From positions 381,199 through 441,784 of the forward strand of contig NW_019217960.1 of the NCBI RefSeq assembly GCF_002571385.2: 60,586 bases of DNA, read 5' to 3'. Position 1 is the stretch's first letter. Every line of letters starts with the position of its first letter. The stretch comes from Stylophora pistillata (Eukaryota). A model generated the notes under the pieces. The model did not search any database. It saw only the letters and a program-made list of their open reading frames with translations, and had not been told where the DNA came from. Shown here one piece after another: positions 1-12,600 of this stretch. The translations under genes were made by a program, and so were the position numbers.

Positions 1-479
1 AAGGCTGATAGTTTCTAAAGAAACTGTTTGGCGCTGCGTCGGTGGGGGTAACGAAATAATTTGAATATATCAACAAAGTTGAAATGGTAAATTGGCCACC
101 GTTACGGCTATAAAAGCTGACGTTTCGAGCGTTAGCCCTTCTTCGGAGCGTATAGAAGAATTGTGGGTTGTGTGTGCTTTTAAAGGCAGAAAATGGAGCT
201 ACGTGATTGGTGGGGACATGGGAACGAGAATTTTAATTTATTCGTGTTTTTCTCGTTGCCATGTTCCCACCAATCACGTAGCTCCATTTTCTGCCTTTAA
301 AAGCACACACAACCCACAATTCTTCTATACGCTCCGAAGAAGGGCTAACGCTCGAAACGTCAGCTTTTATAGCCGTAACGGTGGCCAATTTACCATTTCA
401 ACTTTGTTGATATATTCAAATTATTTCGTTACCCCCACCGACGCAGCGCCAAACAGTTTCTTTAGAAACTATCAGCCTT
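1..479. mobile_element. Palindromic Penelope-like element end (inverted pLTR arms) carrying hammerhead motifs
   Basis: 1-230 is the reverse complement of 250-479 with 2 mismatches; same family at 15733-15975 and 23072-23283. Confidence 0.75.
331..364 (+). ncRNA. Minimal type-I hammerhead ribozyme, core variant (CCGAAGA-A..GAAAC-GUC); mirror copy at 116-149 on minus
   Basis: Stem I GCU/AGC, stem II GGGC-UAAC-GCUC, palindromic ACGU stem III. Confidence 0.6.
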
Positions 480-598
480 CAACCTAAGTTATGTTTGGTA
501 GTAGATAAACAGAGACATCTGAAACTCCTTTCTGGCCTTGCCTGTCATGTTGTTTAATGCACTGTGCTTTTCTCTCCCACTTTATTTTTCTCTTTTAG

Positions 599-664
599 AT
601 ATTTGCAGGGAAATGAAGTTGTCTTTCTGCCCACGTTTCCCAAATTGAACAATCTTGATACTCT
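599..664 (+). CDS. mega-TSP exon: LRR ([22 protein letters not shown])
   Basis: ttttag|...|gtaagt, phase 2-2, LRR pattern. Confidence 0.8.
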
Positions 665-3600
665 GTAAGTATCACACAGTGTAGTGATATCTCCTGAACA
701 GCAGTGGTGTTGTTGTAGTTTTAGGTAAACGAAGATCAAACCTGTTATGAGGATCTAAAAAATTCCCACCATTAGTTTTATCTGATGAATTTTTTTCTTC
801 GCCAAGTAGTGTCATAAGTAATGTTAGTTTTTGTTACTCCAATAAAAGTTTGTGCTTCGGCTGATTTTTCGTTTATTTATTTGTTTTTAGCAACCTAGGG
901 AATAACCGGATAGAGAATCTTGGTCAAGACTGTTTTGGTGGACTCCCAAAGCTAGGAACTTTGTAAGTAGCCATTTAAGATACAACTGAGTACAGTTACA
1001 ATAGTGCACTGACATGCCCATACTTGGCTGCTTAATCTCGAGATAATTTCTGAAACTTGTGAGGTGATGAGAATATGAAAAGGCTCAGGTTAAAAAAAAT
1101 TCCCGATAAATGATCGAAAACTGTTACATTTACTATGAAATCTTATTTCAATTTTCTTTTAATGTCCAAATTTCGCGAAGATTTATATTTAAAAACATGA
1201 CCCATCACTTTCACTGAGATATGTATCGTGTGCACACTATGACTTTTATTTGTTTTGCAGACATCTTAATAACAACAATTTCGCTTGCGACTGCAACGTC
1301 TATAACTCCATTGTCGCTGTCATAAATGCCCTTTCTCAGAGTAGGGCTGCGACTTGCGCTTCTCCATCTCGTGTAGCTGCTGTAGAATTTTATCCTGGAG
1401 GATCTTATGAACTACAACCTGTTCAGGATTTCACATGCTGTACGTATTATATTATTTTCCTTCATTTACTTTATCCAAGACCTCTGTCCATAATCTATAC
1501 GCTTAAACAGTTTTATTAATGTTTAAAAATGCATGATCGGAAGCGTGCAGTTGATTATTTAACTTTTCTCTCTCTTCCCTCTAGCACCGGTGAATATTAC
1601 TGCAACAGCCCCGGGAGATTTCCAGCTGAGAGTGGACTGGTCACGACCCTCCTCACTTTATCCGCCACTCATAGTTGATAAAAACACTACTTATACGGAT
1701 ACGTGGAGTATTACGACTGTAAATGTCCTCAGGTTTACTTAACTTGTAGATACAACTAGTTGAAGATGTTTTTCTAAAAAGAATGGAGTAAGAGCTTTAC
1801 TGTTAAACTTAGTTAAGATGTATCCTTCTGGAACAGGAAAGGGGGGCTTCATGGTTATGATAATTTGTTCTGTTCAAAAACACCAGAAAATCAGGTTTTC
1901 CCCTAAACCTGAAAATTCCATAAGTTTTAAAATTGTATTATCCTCGCTTATTGGTGACTGTTAGTCAAAGAAAAATGAAATTAAACCCACAATTAGCTAT
2001 AATTGAACACACTTATTCCAGAAAAAAAAAAGAATTAGCAAAAAATTGACAAAGTGTCTGGCTTTGCAGTTCTTTCTTCCTCTCTCTGTTGATATTAAAC
2101 TCTTAGATTGTCACCTGCCTTAACACTGTTGTCACTGCTATTATCACCCTTGTCATGGTTATTACCTCATAATTATGTACGAGGCGGTGGGCTGGTATAT
2201 AGCACTCTCCTCCAAATGGAGAGGTCCTGGTGCAAGCCCTGGCAGGGTCATTCTTGTGCTATAAACTTTGCTCTAGTGGTGCTTCGCTGTGCCGAAGTGA
2301 GAGGCATAACTACCGACGAACTGTCTTGGAAATATGATGAAATGGTGGAAGTTATTTGGCTCAAGAGGTTTCCCTTGGACCTTTGACAAGTACTCTTGAT
2401 GTTGCTTAGACATCGTACCATGTTTAATATCAAAGCGCTTTTCATACTATTCGATTTTGTTTATCATAGGTCATAAGTGTGGGGTACAACTCAACGTGCG
2501 ACAGCGCAGACGCTCCGTCACTCTTTGGCTCCACACAAAGCGAGTTTATCTTGTTTGTTCAAGCCGATGGTGTCCAAGCAGGGATTGACTATGTGTGCTA
2601 CGTAACCATGACAGTAACAGCCTATAATGGGACAAACCAAGATAACAGTACTCAAGGCGAAATTGAAACTCAGACCTCCCCTAAAAGTGAGGAAGCAACT
2701 GTTACTACATTAGAAGGAAAAGGTAAGTATACGCTTGGAAGGGTGTCGCAATGAATATTATTCCCTCCTCCACGTTTTGCCTAAATTTTATCGAGAGAGA
2801 AATTCAAGACCTGAGATCTTCTACAGACCTCCTCCGAAAGAAAACGGTTGCAAAGTTATTCTTATGCTCAAGACATTTCGGGTATCGGTATTGATGTTAT
2901 ACTAATTGCACGTGTTTTCCGAACTTTGCGCTCACCTGAAATCTCCGAAAATTGGAGCAGAAGAAGAAAAAATGTCCTCAAGCTTTTATCGCATCCAAAT
3001 CTCAGTGCCTGAGGCTGTCCAAAAAGTTGTTTTCATGATATGCTGATGCGCTTGTGGGGCCAAATAGGAATAATTTCTTAGTTCCAGTATTTTGAGATTT
3101 GTTGTGGGAGTGTTTAATAAAAGTTTGCAGTATAAGATTTTTTAAATTTTACTAAAGCAAGAAAAAAAAGGCACTTGAAAGATCCTTGATGAAGAATGAC
3201 GACAAAAGCAGCAAAAAGCTCTCAAAATATTAATGAATAATCATTTTCCCGGATACCCAGGCCTGTCCTGAAACAAAGCTCAATGCAAGGCCTTCGATAC
3301 AGAAATCAACTCTTACCCTCTCTGGCCTCAGTTTCACAGTGAGACTATCAAGAACTCGCAAATGACCTTTTCTTTTAAAATTTAAGTGAGCGTTCAACTC
3401 ACTGATGTTTTTGTTTTCTTTCAATCAGCTCCTGTGACCAATGTATCGCTAAACAGTTCCAGTTACTACTTGGACATTATTTATTACGATTTCCAGTAAG
3501 TTGATGTGATTCATGACAATACTTAGAAGGGCGGATCGCGACTGACCTTGCCATTTCTTTGTAATATTTTCATCGTTTGGAATGCTTTTTGTTATGACAA

Positions 3601-6600
3601 TTCTCCATTAGTATATACGCCATCGTTAGTCAAAATGTATAGAAGAGATGGTTGTTTGAGTAATAAGATATTCAGTTTAATGGCATTAAGGTGTCAGACC
3701 ACTGAGAAGAAACTGTTCCACATTGCCTCGTAGTAATATGTAATTTTATTATACTCAAATGTGGTGTGGTGATCACAGATTGAAGTACCTCAGACGCTAT
3801 AACTTTACTTTGACCCCGCTTAGCTGTAGTCGCGTTTGCTATTTTGGTTACTTTGAGGGCTCTAAACTTGAATGTTATTTTGAGAAAAGTTGTCTTTTCA
3901 AAATATCAGTCAAACAAACAAACAAACTAGAATGATTTCCGTACTTTTAATGAAATTATCCTTAACTGGCTTTTTGTTACCTCGTTTTCTAATAGGAGCA
4001 CTTCAAGACCTCTAAGGGTTTGATATTTGTTGCAATTTTCATGTGGGTAACATCTGTAAAATTTTGTTCAGGTCTTCCCATGTTGATTTCACTGGTCTTG
4101 GTGCATTCAGAGGTGATCTGTATCGAAATCCCCAATATGTTCAGAGCCCTTATGGCAGCTGGTTGTCCATATCAAGCAGCCCTACCTCTGATAGTTTCTC
4201 TCAGTGGTTTAGACGTTTTTCCAGCCAGAACTATCATTATGAAGAGAAGTTCGAGCTAGGAAAACAGCTGGAGAGAGATGCAAATGGGAATACGGTGTTC
4301 CGGCATTACAACGACAAGTTCTTCCCAGTTGATGGCCGTGGATGGGGTGCAGAAGGACAGAGGGACTGCTATACTAATGCACTTAGGAACTATGGGTATG
4401 GATTTTTTTAGACTCAATTGCCTTTTGTTTGTCATTGGGTGTGTTTCTTAGCTATAAGACTACTGTCAGAATGAAATGCAAGGAATTGTGTCAAGTCTTT
4501 TTTACCTGCTATGTTCCTTTTTCAGCTTGCAGCTCACCTCGTTGACGTTTCTATTCCTATTGAAACCCATGGGCCTAATGACCTCAAAGAGACTTCAAGT
4601 CTTAGACGTTTAGTATGGGAGGAGACTAAAAGGGGGTGGAAGATATAGCAAACCTAATGGGATGTCTAGGATTCCCTAAAGATTGGAAACAACTGAGTAG
4701 ACATAGTAAATGTGTGACAATGAAATAAACAGAAGTATAGCGAATGCTACATGATTTAATTTCAATTTTTCAGTTTCACTGCTGCAATAAGTACCGGATT
4801 CAACTTTTCTGGTGATGAAATTTTTTCCTTCTCTGGCGGTGAAGAATTGTGGGTATTCATTGACAAGAAACTGGTGGTGCAGATATTTACTGATCCATCA
4901 GAAACGGATGTTCCATGTCGTTCTATAAGTTTAGCTGATGTTGGTACGACTCAAAGTTTGTGATACAGTTCACTCCTACTTAATTTGATACGATCTAAAA
5001 CGTTTGCAGATTCACTTTACCCCCGTCGAGAGGGGGTCTGGGGAATGTTACCAAGAGTGAGTGGGTGGGATTATGGGAGATCATAGAAATCATCATACCC
5101 TTGTCTGAAGAAAAGGTCATCATTAAGCCGTGAGAATAAGGCTAAAGATGGAGCGGAAAAGAACTAGCCTTTTTTTTTAAGTTGACACCATAGAGGTAGT
5201 TCTTAAATTAGCAAAGTAGAGTACCATTCATGAGAAAGGGGATGGGGAATGGGAGGGATGGTGCACGGACGCTGTTGTACCTTTAATTTCCACCTGTGTT
5301 GTGTTTAATGTACACGCTTTACGGACCTGTTTTACATTTTGCTGTTTTGTTTTCAATTAAACCACTGGGCTATGCTTTCTGGAAGTCAAACAGTGGCACT
5401 CGGGTTTCACTTTCTCTTGCATAAAAATGACCCGTGGATTGGCAAAATCTTTATAAAAACGAAAATGAAAATGTATTTATTTATGATGCAGTCGAAATCC
5501 AGCCACGTTATATTAGAAACTCGATATAGGTGAGTTTTAACCATGTCTTACAAAAGTTAACTTACAGTGACATCTCATATTGTAGTATGTGTTACAAGTT
5601 TGTTTTACTGATCTTGCAGCTTCGACTGAGTCTGTTATTCCTCAAAATGGAACAGTAATCGGAGGAAAATGCCAAGTCACAGGGGCTTTACAAGCAGAGA
5701 AAGTTAGCTTATCTCTTAAGGTAATAACTTCATTGAGAAATGTTGTGATCTGAGTTTGGAATTCCCTTTTCTGTTCTTTTCATACTTTATTTGTAGTGTT
5801 CTTGTGCGATCTATACTACTTCTTTCAGGCTCTGATGTTCTGTTTTGGTCCAGTTCAGTCTGGTTTAGTCTTTTATAGTCTATTCTTGTCAAATCTAGAG
5901 TAGACGAGTCCCATCTAGTCATGCCAGTATAGTATAGCCTGATTTGGTTTGTCTCGTTATAACTGGACCATTAGACTAGTCTAGTCAATTTCTAGTCTAG
6001 ATTATTTCATCCCAATCGGTTCTAGTCAAGTAAGGACTAAACTTATCCAGTCTGATCTAGACTTGTTTAGCCCAGCCTCTTTTCGTTCGGTTTGTTTAAG
6101 AGAACCAATCAGGTCGATCTTTGGCAGTGAAGGTTAGGCAGGTTACGCATGTTTGGGTTTTGTCTTCTAAAGATTAGTCTGGTTATGGCTGGTTTGGTCT
6201 GTTCTGTTCTTATTTGCCTTAAGTTGGTGTGGTCAGATCCGTTTTGGTCTGATTTGATCCATTTTGTTTGCAGTTCTCACTTTCGCCGGTCTGATTTAAT
6301 CTGGTTTAGTCTGTTCTTGATTATATAATCCCTGTTCTTGATTATACAATTCCTCTTCTTGATTATACAATCCCTGTTCTTGATTATACAATCTCTGTTC
6401 TTGATTATACAATCCCTGTTCTTGATTATACAATCCCTGTTCTTGATTATACAATCCCTCTTCTTGATTATACAATCCCTCTTCTTGATTATACAATCCC
6501 TGTTTAGACGTCTAATTCTGTCTGGTGTTACTTAAAGTTACTCTAGTGCGGACAATTCGGTTTCTTCATGAAATAGCAAGGCGGGTGAAGTTTGGCGTAC

Positions 6601-9600
6601 AATTAGGGATGTAGCGAAGGGTAAACGACAATACAATCATAAGAATGTTGAGATGAAGCCACTGACCACGATTTCACCTCCTATTTTTGAATGATCTAAT
6701 TTAATTTAGGTGAGAGTAGTTTAGTTTATCAGTTTCTTTCAAAACAAACCTTCATTCTAACTCTTAGCGTTTTATTGCCGTTCCCTGAAGGTGAATGAAC
6801 CATACCGTTTGGATGTATTCGTCGCTGAGAGATTCCTATGCAACTCACACATTTTATTCCAGTCAAGTGGCGCTTCATTCCTTCCACCTCTTGACTATGT
6901 GGCTACTGTCAGTGAGAACGCACATGTTGGCGTTATTGTGCAGGTGAAATGTTTGTTTTCTTGTTTCTACCCAACCATACGAAGAAATATTAAGAAAAGG
7001 GTGTCTCTTACAGACTCTGATATGAGTTAGGGGTTGGTCAGTCTTCGACTTTAGTTTTATCATTGTTATTTGTGTTAACTATCAACTTAAAAACAAACTT
7101 TGGGAACTCCTATCGTTTCAAACTTGTGTACTTCATACCGCAAAGCGACTTCGAACTTATTCGGAATACTGTCGGCGATAAGTCGAAACTCACTGATAAT
7201 CGAGTGGTTTATCTCCTCAAAGACGTCGTAAACACTGAAACACATCATCAACACTGGTGTAAGCTGCGCGAATAACTTCGTGTGACACGATTTTCTATCT
7301 AACACATATATATTGTCGTTCACTCACTGATTTCTTCGCATCTGGTCTAGAACGTTCATATTGGAGACGCTTTCTCGTCTGGGCCTTACAACGTCGACAT
7401 TTTGGAAGGAAATGAGCAAGACCGATTCGAAATTAAAAATGGGGCCTACGCAGCACCATCTGCACCCACCACTCCTTCTCCGCCCACTTTTATCCTTGAC
7501 GGAGAGTCAATTGTGTTGTGTCCCAATGCTACTGATGATCGAGTACTTCCAATACCTTCAGTTAATTCAGGTAAGAAGCAATGATAAAACCAGGTCTGTT
7601 TCAAGACGTGCTTAATGTGTGTGGACCAAGTTAACGTTATATTTCAGACAGGGTGACTCGTGATGTGTGCACCAACATTAGCACTGGCATTGGAAATTAA
7701 TTGTAATTGGGAGCAATATCCTTTTAGGTTTAAACTTTTACTTTTGCAAACCGACTGAGGATAACAATCATAATATCAAGTCTGAAAGTATCGAAGAGAA
7801 ACTTTGTAGAAAACAGTATTCTGGGCTTCATTTTGAATCTGTTTCCTTCTCGTATCAGTCATAACAGATAGGTTTCGTGTACCATTTTTATACTAAACAG
7901 ACAAAATGTGCTGCTCGACTCTAAGGCATGTTTTGTTACATGAAACTCATATTTATCTCTTTCACTTTGACTCCCCAGGAATTCAGTCATTCACCTCCAT
8001 TGCCACATCTATAGCTAAACTAACGCTGAAAGAGCCTTTGGATTTTGAGTACACCTCATATTATCTGTTATACCTAAGGATAACCGATACTGTTAAAGGA
8101 TGGACAGGCAACATTTCAATCAAAGTAAGTTATTAGTTTTTTTTCGTTTTCGTGGTAGTTGTAAGAAGAGCTTGTAGCTAATGGTCATTCCCTAGATACA
8201 TGTAATCCCCACCTTTCCCCCTCTTTCTTACGTCACTAACTCGCCTCGCAACTACAAACATTTTAATGCACACAAAAAATTGCTTTCGACTGAAATCTTT
8301 GGAAAAAATCTTAGCATTTATTTTACGATGATAGTTTTATAACTTTACGATGATAATTAAAACAGATAAAGGAGAAGAAGTGAAAAGGAAGGGGATGAAA
8401 TGTCATCCCTGGAAGTATTATACCAAGATCTTTGTGCTAAATGAAGTGGGAGGTTAACACATGCAAATTTTTGTGAAGGTTGTGATATTTTATCCTTTCT
8501 GGTCCCACCCGCGTGCAATACAATAATTTCTAAAATGATCAACTGTTTGGTTTGGATCCCTGGTATTTTGTGCTTCTGTAGGTTGTTGTTGAAGACTACA
8601 ATGATCACTGTCCATTTTTGAAAGAAGTCAACATAGATTTAGACCTGGAGCCAATCCCACCACTTCGCAAAGAAGCGTTCTTCACGGCTGTAGCCACTGA
8701 TAAAGACAGCGGTGTGAACGCTCGGATCACATACAACGTTAGCGAACCAGAGAGAATGTGCGTAAAGTGCAGCATAGATAAATAGATCATTTATATAGTC
8801 ATATCAGACTAGTTTTAATCTCTAAAGAAAAGCTTATGCTGAGGTCGCTACGAAGTCCAGGCTGCCTCATCATGATTTTCAGGTGTTAAAATTCGTAAAG
8901 GTATAGAAAAGTGATAAATTCTCCTTGGAAATTAATTTCATTGAAGAGTAAAGTTAAGCCACATGGCGTGTCGTTAGATATGATCACTTGTTGCCACAGT
9001 GATTCGTCGAGGATTGTAAATTAAAGCAGGGAGGTGTCCTTCAACAATATTATTGCAAATATGTCTTTCATGGTGCTTCCAAGTTAGCTTTTATATTTTT
9101 TCTTGTACCATTGTTGAGATAGGTAATTGTTCCATGGTTTATTGTAGTTATAGTGGTGTGCAGCGACCAGGAGCATATATAATCCGTCTGGACGAGANNN
9201 NNNNNNNNNNNNNNNNNNNNNNNNNNNNNNNNNNNNNNNNNNNNNNNNNNNNNNNNNNNNNNNNNNNNNNNNNNNNNNNNNNNNNNNNNNNNNNNNNNNN
9301 NNNNNNNNNNNNNNNNNNNNNNNNNNNNNNNNNNNNNNNNNNNNNNNNNNNNNNNNNNNNNNNNNNNNNNNNNNNNNNNNNNNNNNNNNNNNNNNNNNNN
9401 NNNNNNNNNNNNNNNNNNNNNNNNNNNNNNNNNNNNNNNNNNNNNNNNNNNNNNNNNNNNNNNNNNNNNNNNNNNNNNNNNNNNNNNNNNNNNNNNNNNN
9501 NNNNNNNNNNNNNNNNNNNNNNNNNNNNNNNNNNNNNNNNNNNNNNNNNNNNNNNNNNNNNNNNNNNNNNNNNNNNNNNNNNNNNNNNNNNNNNNNNNNN

Positions 9601-12600
9601 NNNNNNNNNNNNNNNNNNNNNNNNNNNNNNNNNNNNNNNNNNNNNNNNNNNNNNNNNNNNNNNNNNNNNNNNNNNNNNNNNNNNNNNNNNNNNNNNNNNN
9701 NNNNNNNNNNNNNNNNNNNNNNNNNNNNNNNNNNNNNNNNNNNNNNNNNNNNNNNNNNNNNNNNNNNNNNTCCTCTTTTCATTTTCCTCATATTTTTTTC
9801 TATTCTATACCTAAAATATTGTCGTATTTAATAGTCCGCACATCAACGCCACGAAGTTTTATGTCAATAATGGTACTGAGGTGGTGTGGAGCAATAAGAC
9901 TGTGAAATGGACCTACAAATACTTCGTATTTGCTGTGGATGGAGGTTCACCAAAACGCGGTGATGGTATCCCTTTGAATATCACATTTGATGCTACTTGC
10001 GAAGTGACGGGGGCTGTTGTAGCTGATCCAGGTACTGGTGAGGTGTTCTTTAGAGCGCCTGGGCTTACAGGATCTGAATACCGTAAGTACCTCATAAGAA
10101 GCGTACACTATTTAACAATTGTTCTATCAGTACGCGTCGGATATTAAATGCTAAATGGCCACAACTATCATATCCTAAAACTGGTGCTTTTGCTTTTGTT
10201 GTAATTTGGACTCTAATCATCCAAATCCGCTTCGAACATTGCAAATAAACACTTTGTTTAATCTGCAAAAAAAAGAGTGGATGTGTGATCCATGGTATAT
10301 AAGCTCAAATGGCTCATTCTGAAGACCATTCAAAGAGCAGGATTGGCTAAGTTTTAAGGTCAACTGTTTTCCGTAAGAAAGAAATGCAGGCTCAGTGTAT
10401 TGCCTATCTTGCCAATGAGCTCTCTGTAGCTGATTTGGTAGGATATTATACAATTAGCATGGCCCTAAAAGAAGGTTGGCAAAAACTTTCTTTTGCTCCT
10501 CTTCAAACCTACATTGCCACCGAATTTTCAGCGAACTAAAGAATGAAAGATATGTTTTTTAAACTGAATCTTGCAGTATTGTGGTAACCACAATATTTCT
10601 ATTCAACCTCTAGCTTTAAACTCCACCGAAAAGCCGAGATGTCGCGGGTGCACTCATGGATATTTCTGTGTTGGAGATGGAACTGAAGAGCGATGTGGAC
10701 TCGCTTCACCAACAGAATTCTCCTTTGGTTCCGCAGCGACATGTTCACCTTGTCCCGAGGGATGGGTAAGTGGATGTAGTGTGCTTATTTCTAGGAAAGA
10801 GTGGGAGTGTTTTGAAGTTTTTTCACTAGCCTGTACCGACCGAAACCTTTGATTTTTGGAATGTTTATTTAATCTTAAAAGCACCCTCGAATCCCCACGT
10901 GTCCCAATAGGTTGTGTTTCGATAAGCGAGAGCACCAAGCGTTACATTACCTGTGCATTCTATTTTCAGCTCTGTGTGAATGGTACCGCGCTCCCTTGTC
11001 CAGAGAGTACACATGTCAAGTGCAATTCAACGGTGGGTGTCCTACAAAATATTCTTTCCACAGAATCATTATTGCAACGACAGTGGTTGGCATTAAAACA
11101 GACAAACTAAGCAGGGTCAAATGTGCCCGGGAACATCGAACCCGATGAGTATTTCGTTGAATTTCTAGTGGTAAGCGCAGCAGCGGATTTTTTATCGTAC
11201 TGACCTCAGAATTGAGCTCCAGCTTGACCGGTTTCGTTGTATCCTGTTCTTGAGCAAGATACTTTACTTTCAATTAGTGTGTCTGTGACCCTAAAAAGAA
11301 ATATCATTAAATAAGCACCATATGCATGACATGTCACGGAAACCGGGAAATAACTCCAACATAACCTGGCAAGTGAGTCATTAAACTACCAGATGCCACT
11401 TTGCAATAAATTTCGACTCCGTCCGGAAGCTTCTACTTAGTTTGGAGAACAGATTTTAGCTTTTGATTAACGATATTTCTCTTGTCTTGCTAGTGGTGCC
11501 CCGAGAATTGCTTTGACTGTGAACCTGGTACAGTTTGCTTTGAGGGAAGGAAGCACGACTGCACACCAGGACGATACAGCGATGGAAAAGGTTGGTTCGA
11601 AGTTTGGCGGTTGTTGTCGATGAGAGCTCACAATCATGATATGAAAATAGCTTTGCAGATTTTGCAGACATCAACCAGCACTACACTAAAAACACGCACG
11701 CGTCTTTCAATATGAATAAGCCTAGAATTGAGAGTACCAGTTCGTTACTAATCATATTCAAGTCCAATTGATTCACGATATGTATTATTTAGGACTTAAA
11801 CGAGAGCTGTGTGTGAAGTTTCTCTAAGCGAACTAAGAAAATCTGCTCGCAATGATAATTTACACTCTGCTGGAACGAATTTTCGTTTCTTTTCTCAGGC
11901 TTCCCATGTACGCTTTGTCCTCCGGGTAGCTTTAATAACGTGTCTCGTGCACAAACCTGTGAGTGTTGCCAGGATGGTTACACCAGCACATACATGAAGA
12001 CCAGTTGTCGGCAATGTCCTGCCAATGAATGGGCAAAGCACGGAAGTTTCCCGAACTGTTCCATGTGTCAGACTTGTTTTAATCCTGAGGACTGTGAGTA
12101 TGAATCTCTATATTTGCTTATTCACTGGGTGTTGTCCTGCTATTTTCTTAAGTGATAACATGATATCTCTGACCTATGGCGATGGATCTGCATCCAAGTT
12201 ACGTATATCTCAGTACAAACGGCAAAGCGCAAAAGGGTTCCTATAATTATTCCTTAAAAGGCGATTTCGAACTTTGTCTAATGGTAAACGAGACCAATAC
12301 ACAATGTTAACGAATTTTCTCGTAAAAAAATGCTAAAAAAAAAATGAGTCGCTTCCTCACTTCTTTACCAGAAAACTAAATTTGGGCTCCTTTTCATATT
12401 TAAGAGGTTTTTGAGAACCTTTGGTCATAGAGGGACAAGTTTTTCTGCCATTCTTAATAAATGTGTTCTAGAGCTTATCAAATTTCGCGATTCACTTGTT
12501 CGCTCTTTATAATTTATTCAATAATATTGCCTTTAGCTTAGTCACGTTTTGTTACTTTGCTTTGTTTAAGTTTCTCTCCAAGAATGAGTTTGTAAAATAA

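Noticed and set aside
92-487. 131-aa ORF and its homolog at 22936-23190
   Set aside because: Lies in a palindromic repeat; the similarity reflects the repeat family, not a protein.
2184-2260. Decayed SINE heads here and at ~11167-11290 and ~19270-19400; decayed PLE fragments at ~17325-17410 and ~51325-51405
   Set aside because: Too degenerate to delimit reliably without a repeat library.
6311-6504. CRISPR-like array or repeat protein
   Set aside because: No spacers, eukaryotic intron, no splice or start context.
9053-9814. Long ORFs of 253 and 235 aa
   Set aside because: Artefacts of translating through the N gap.
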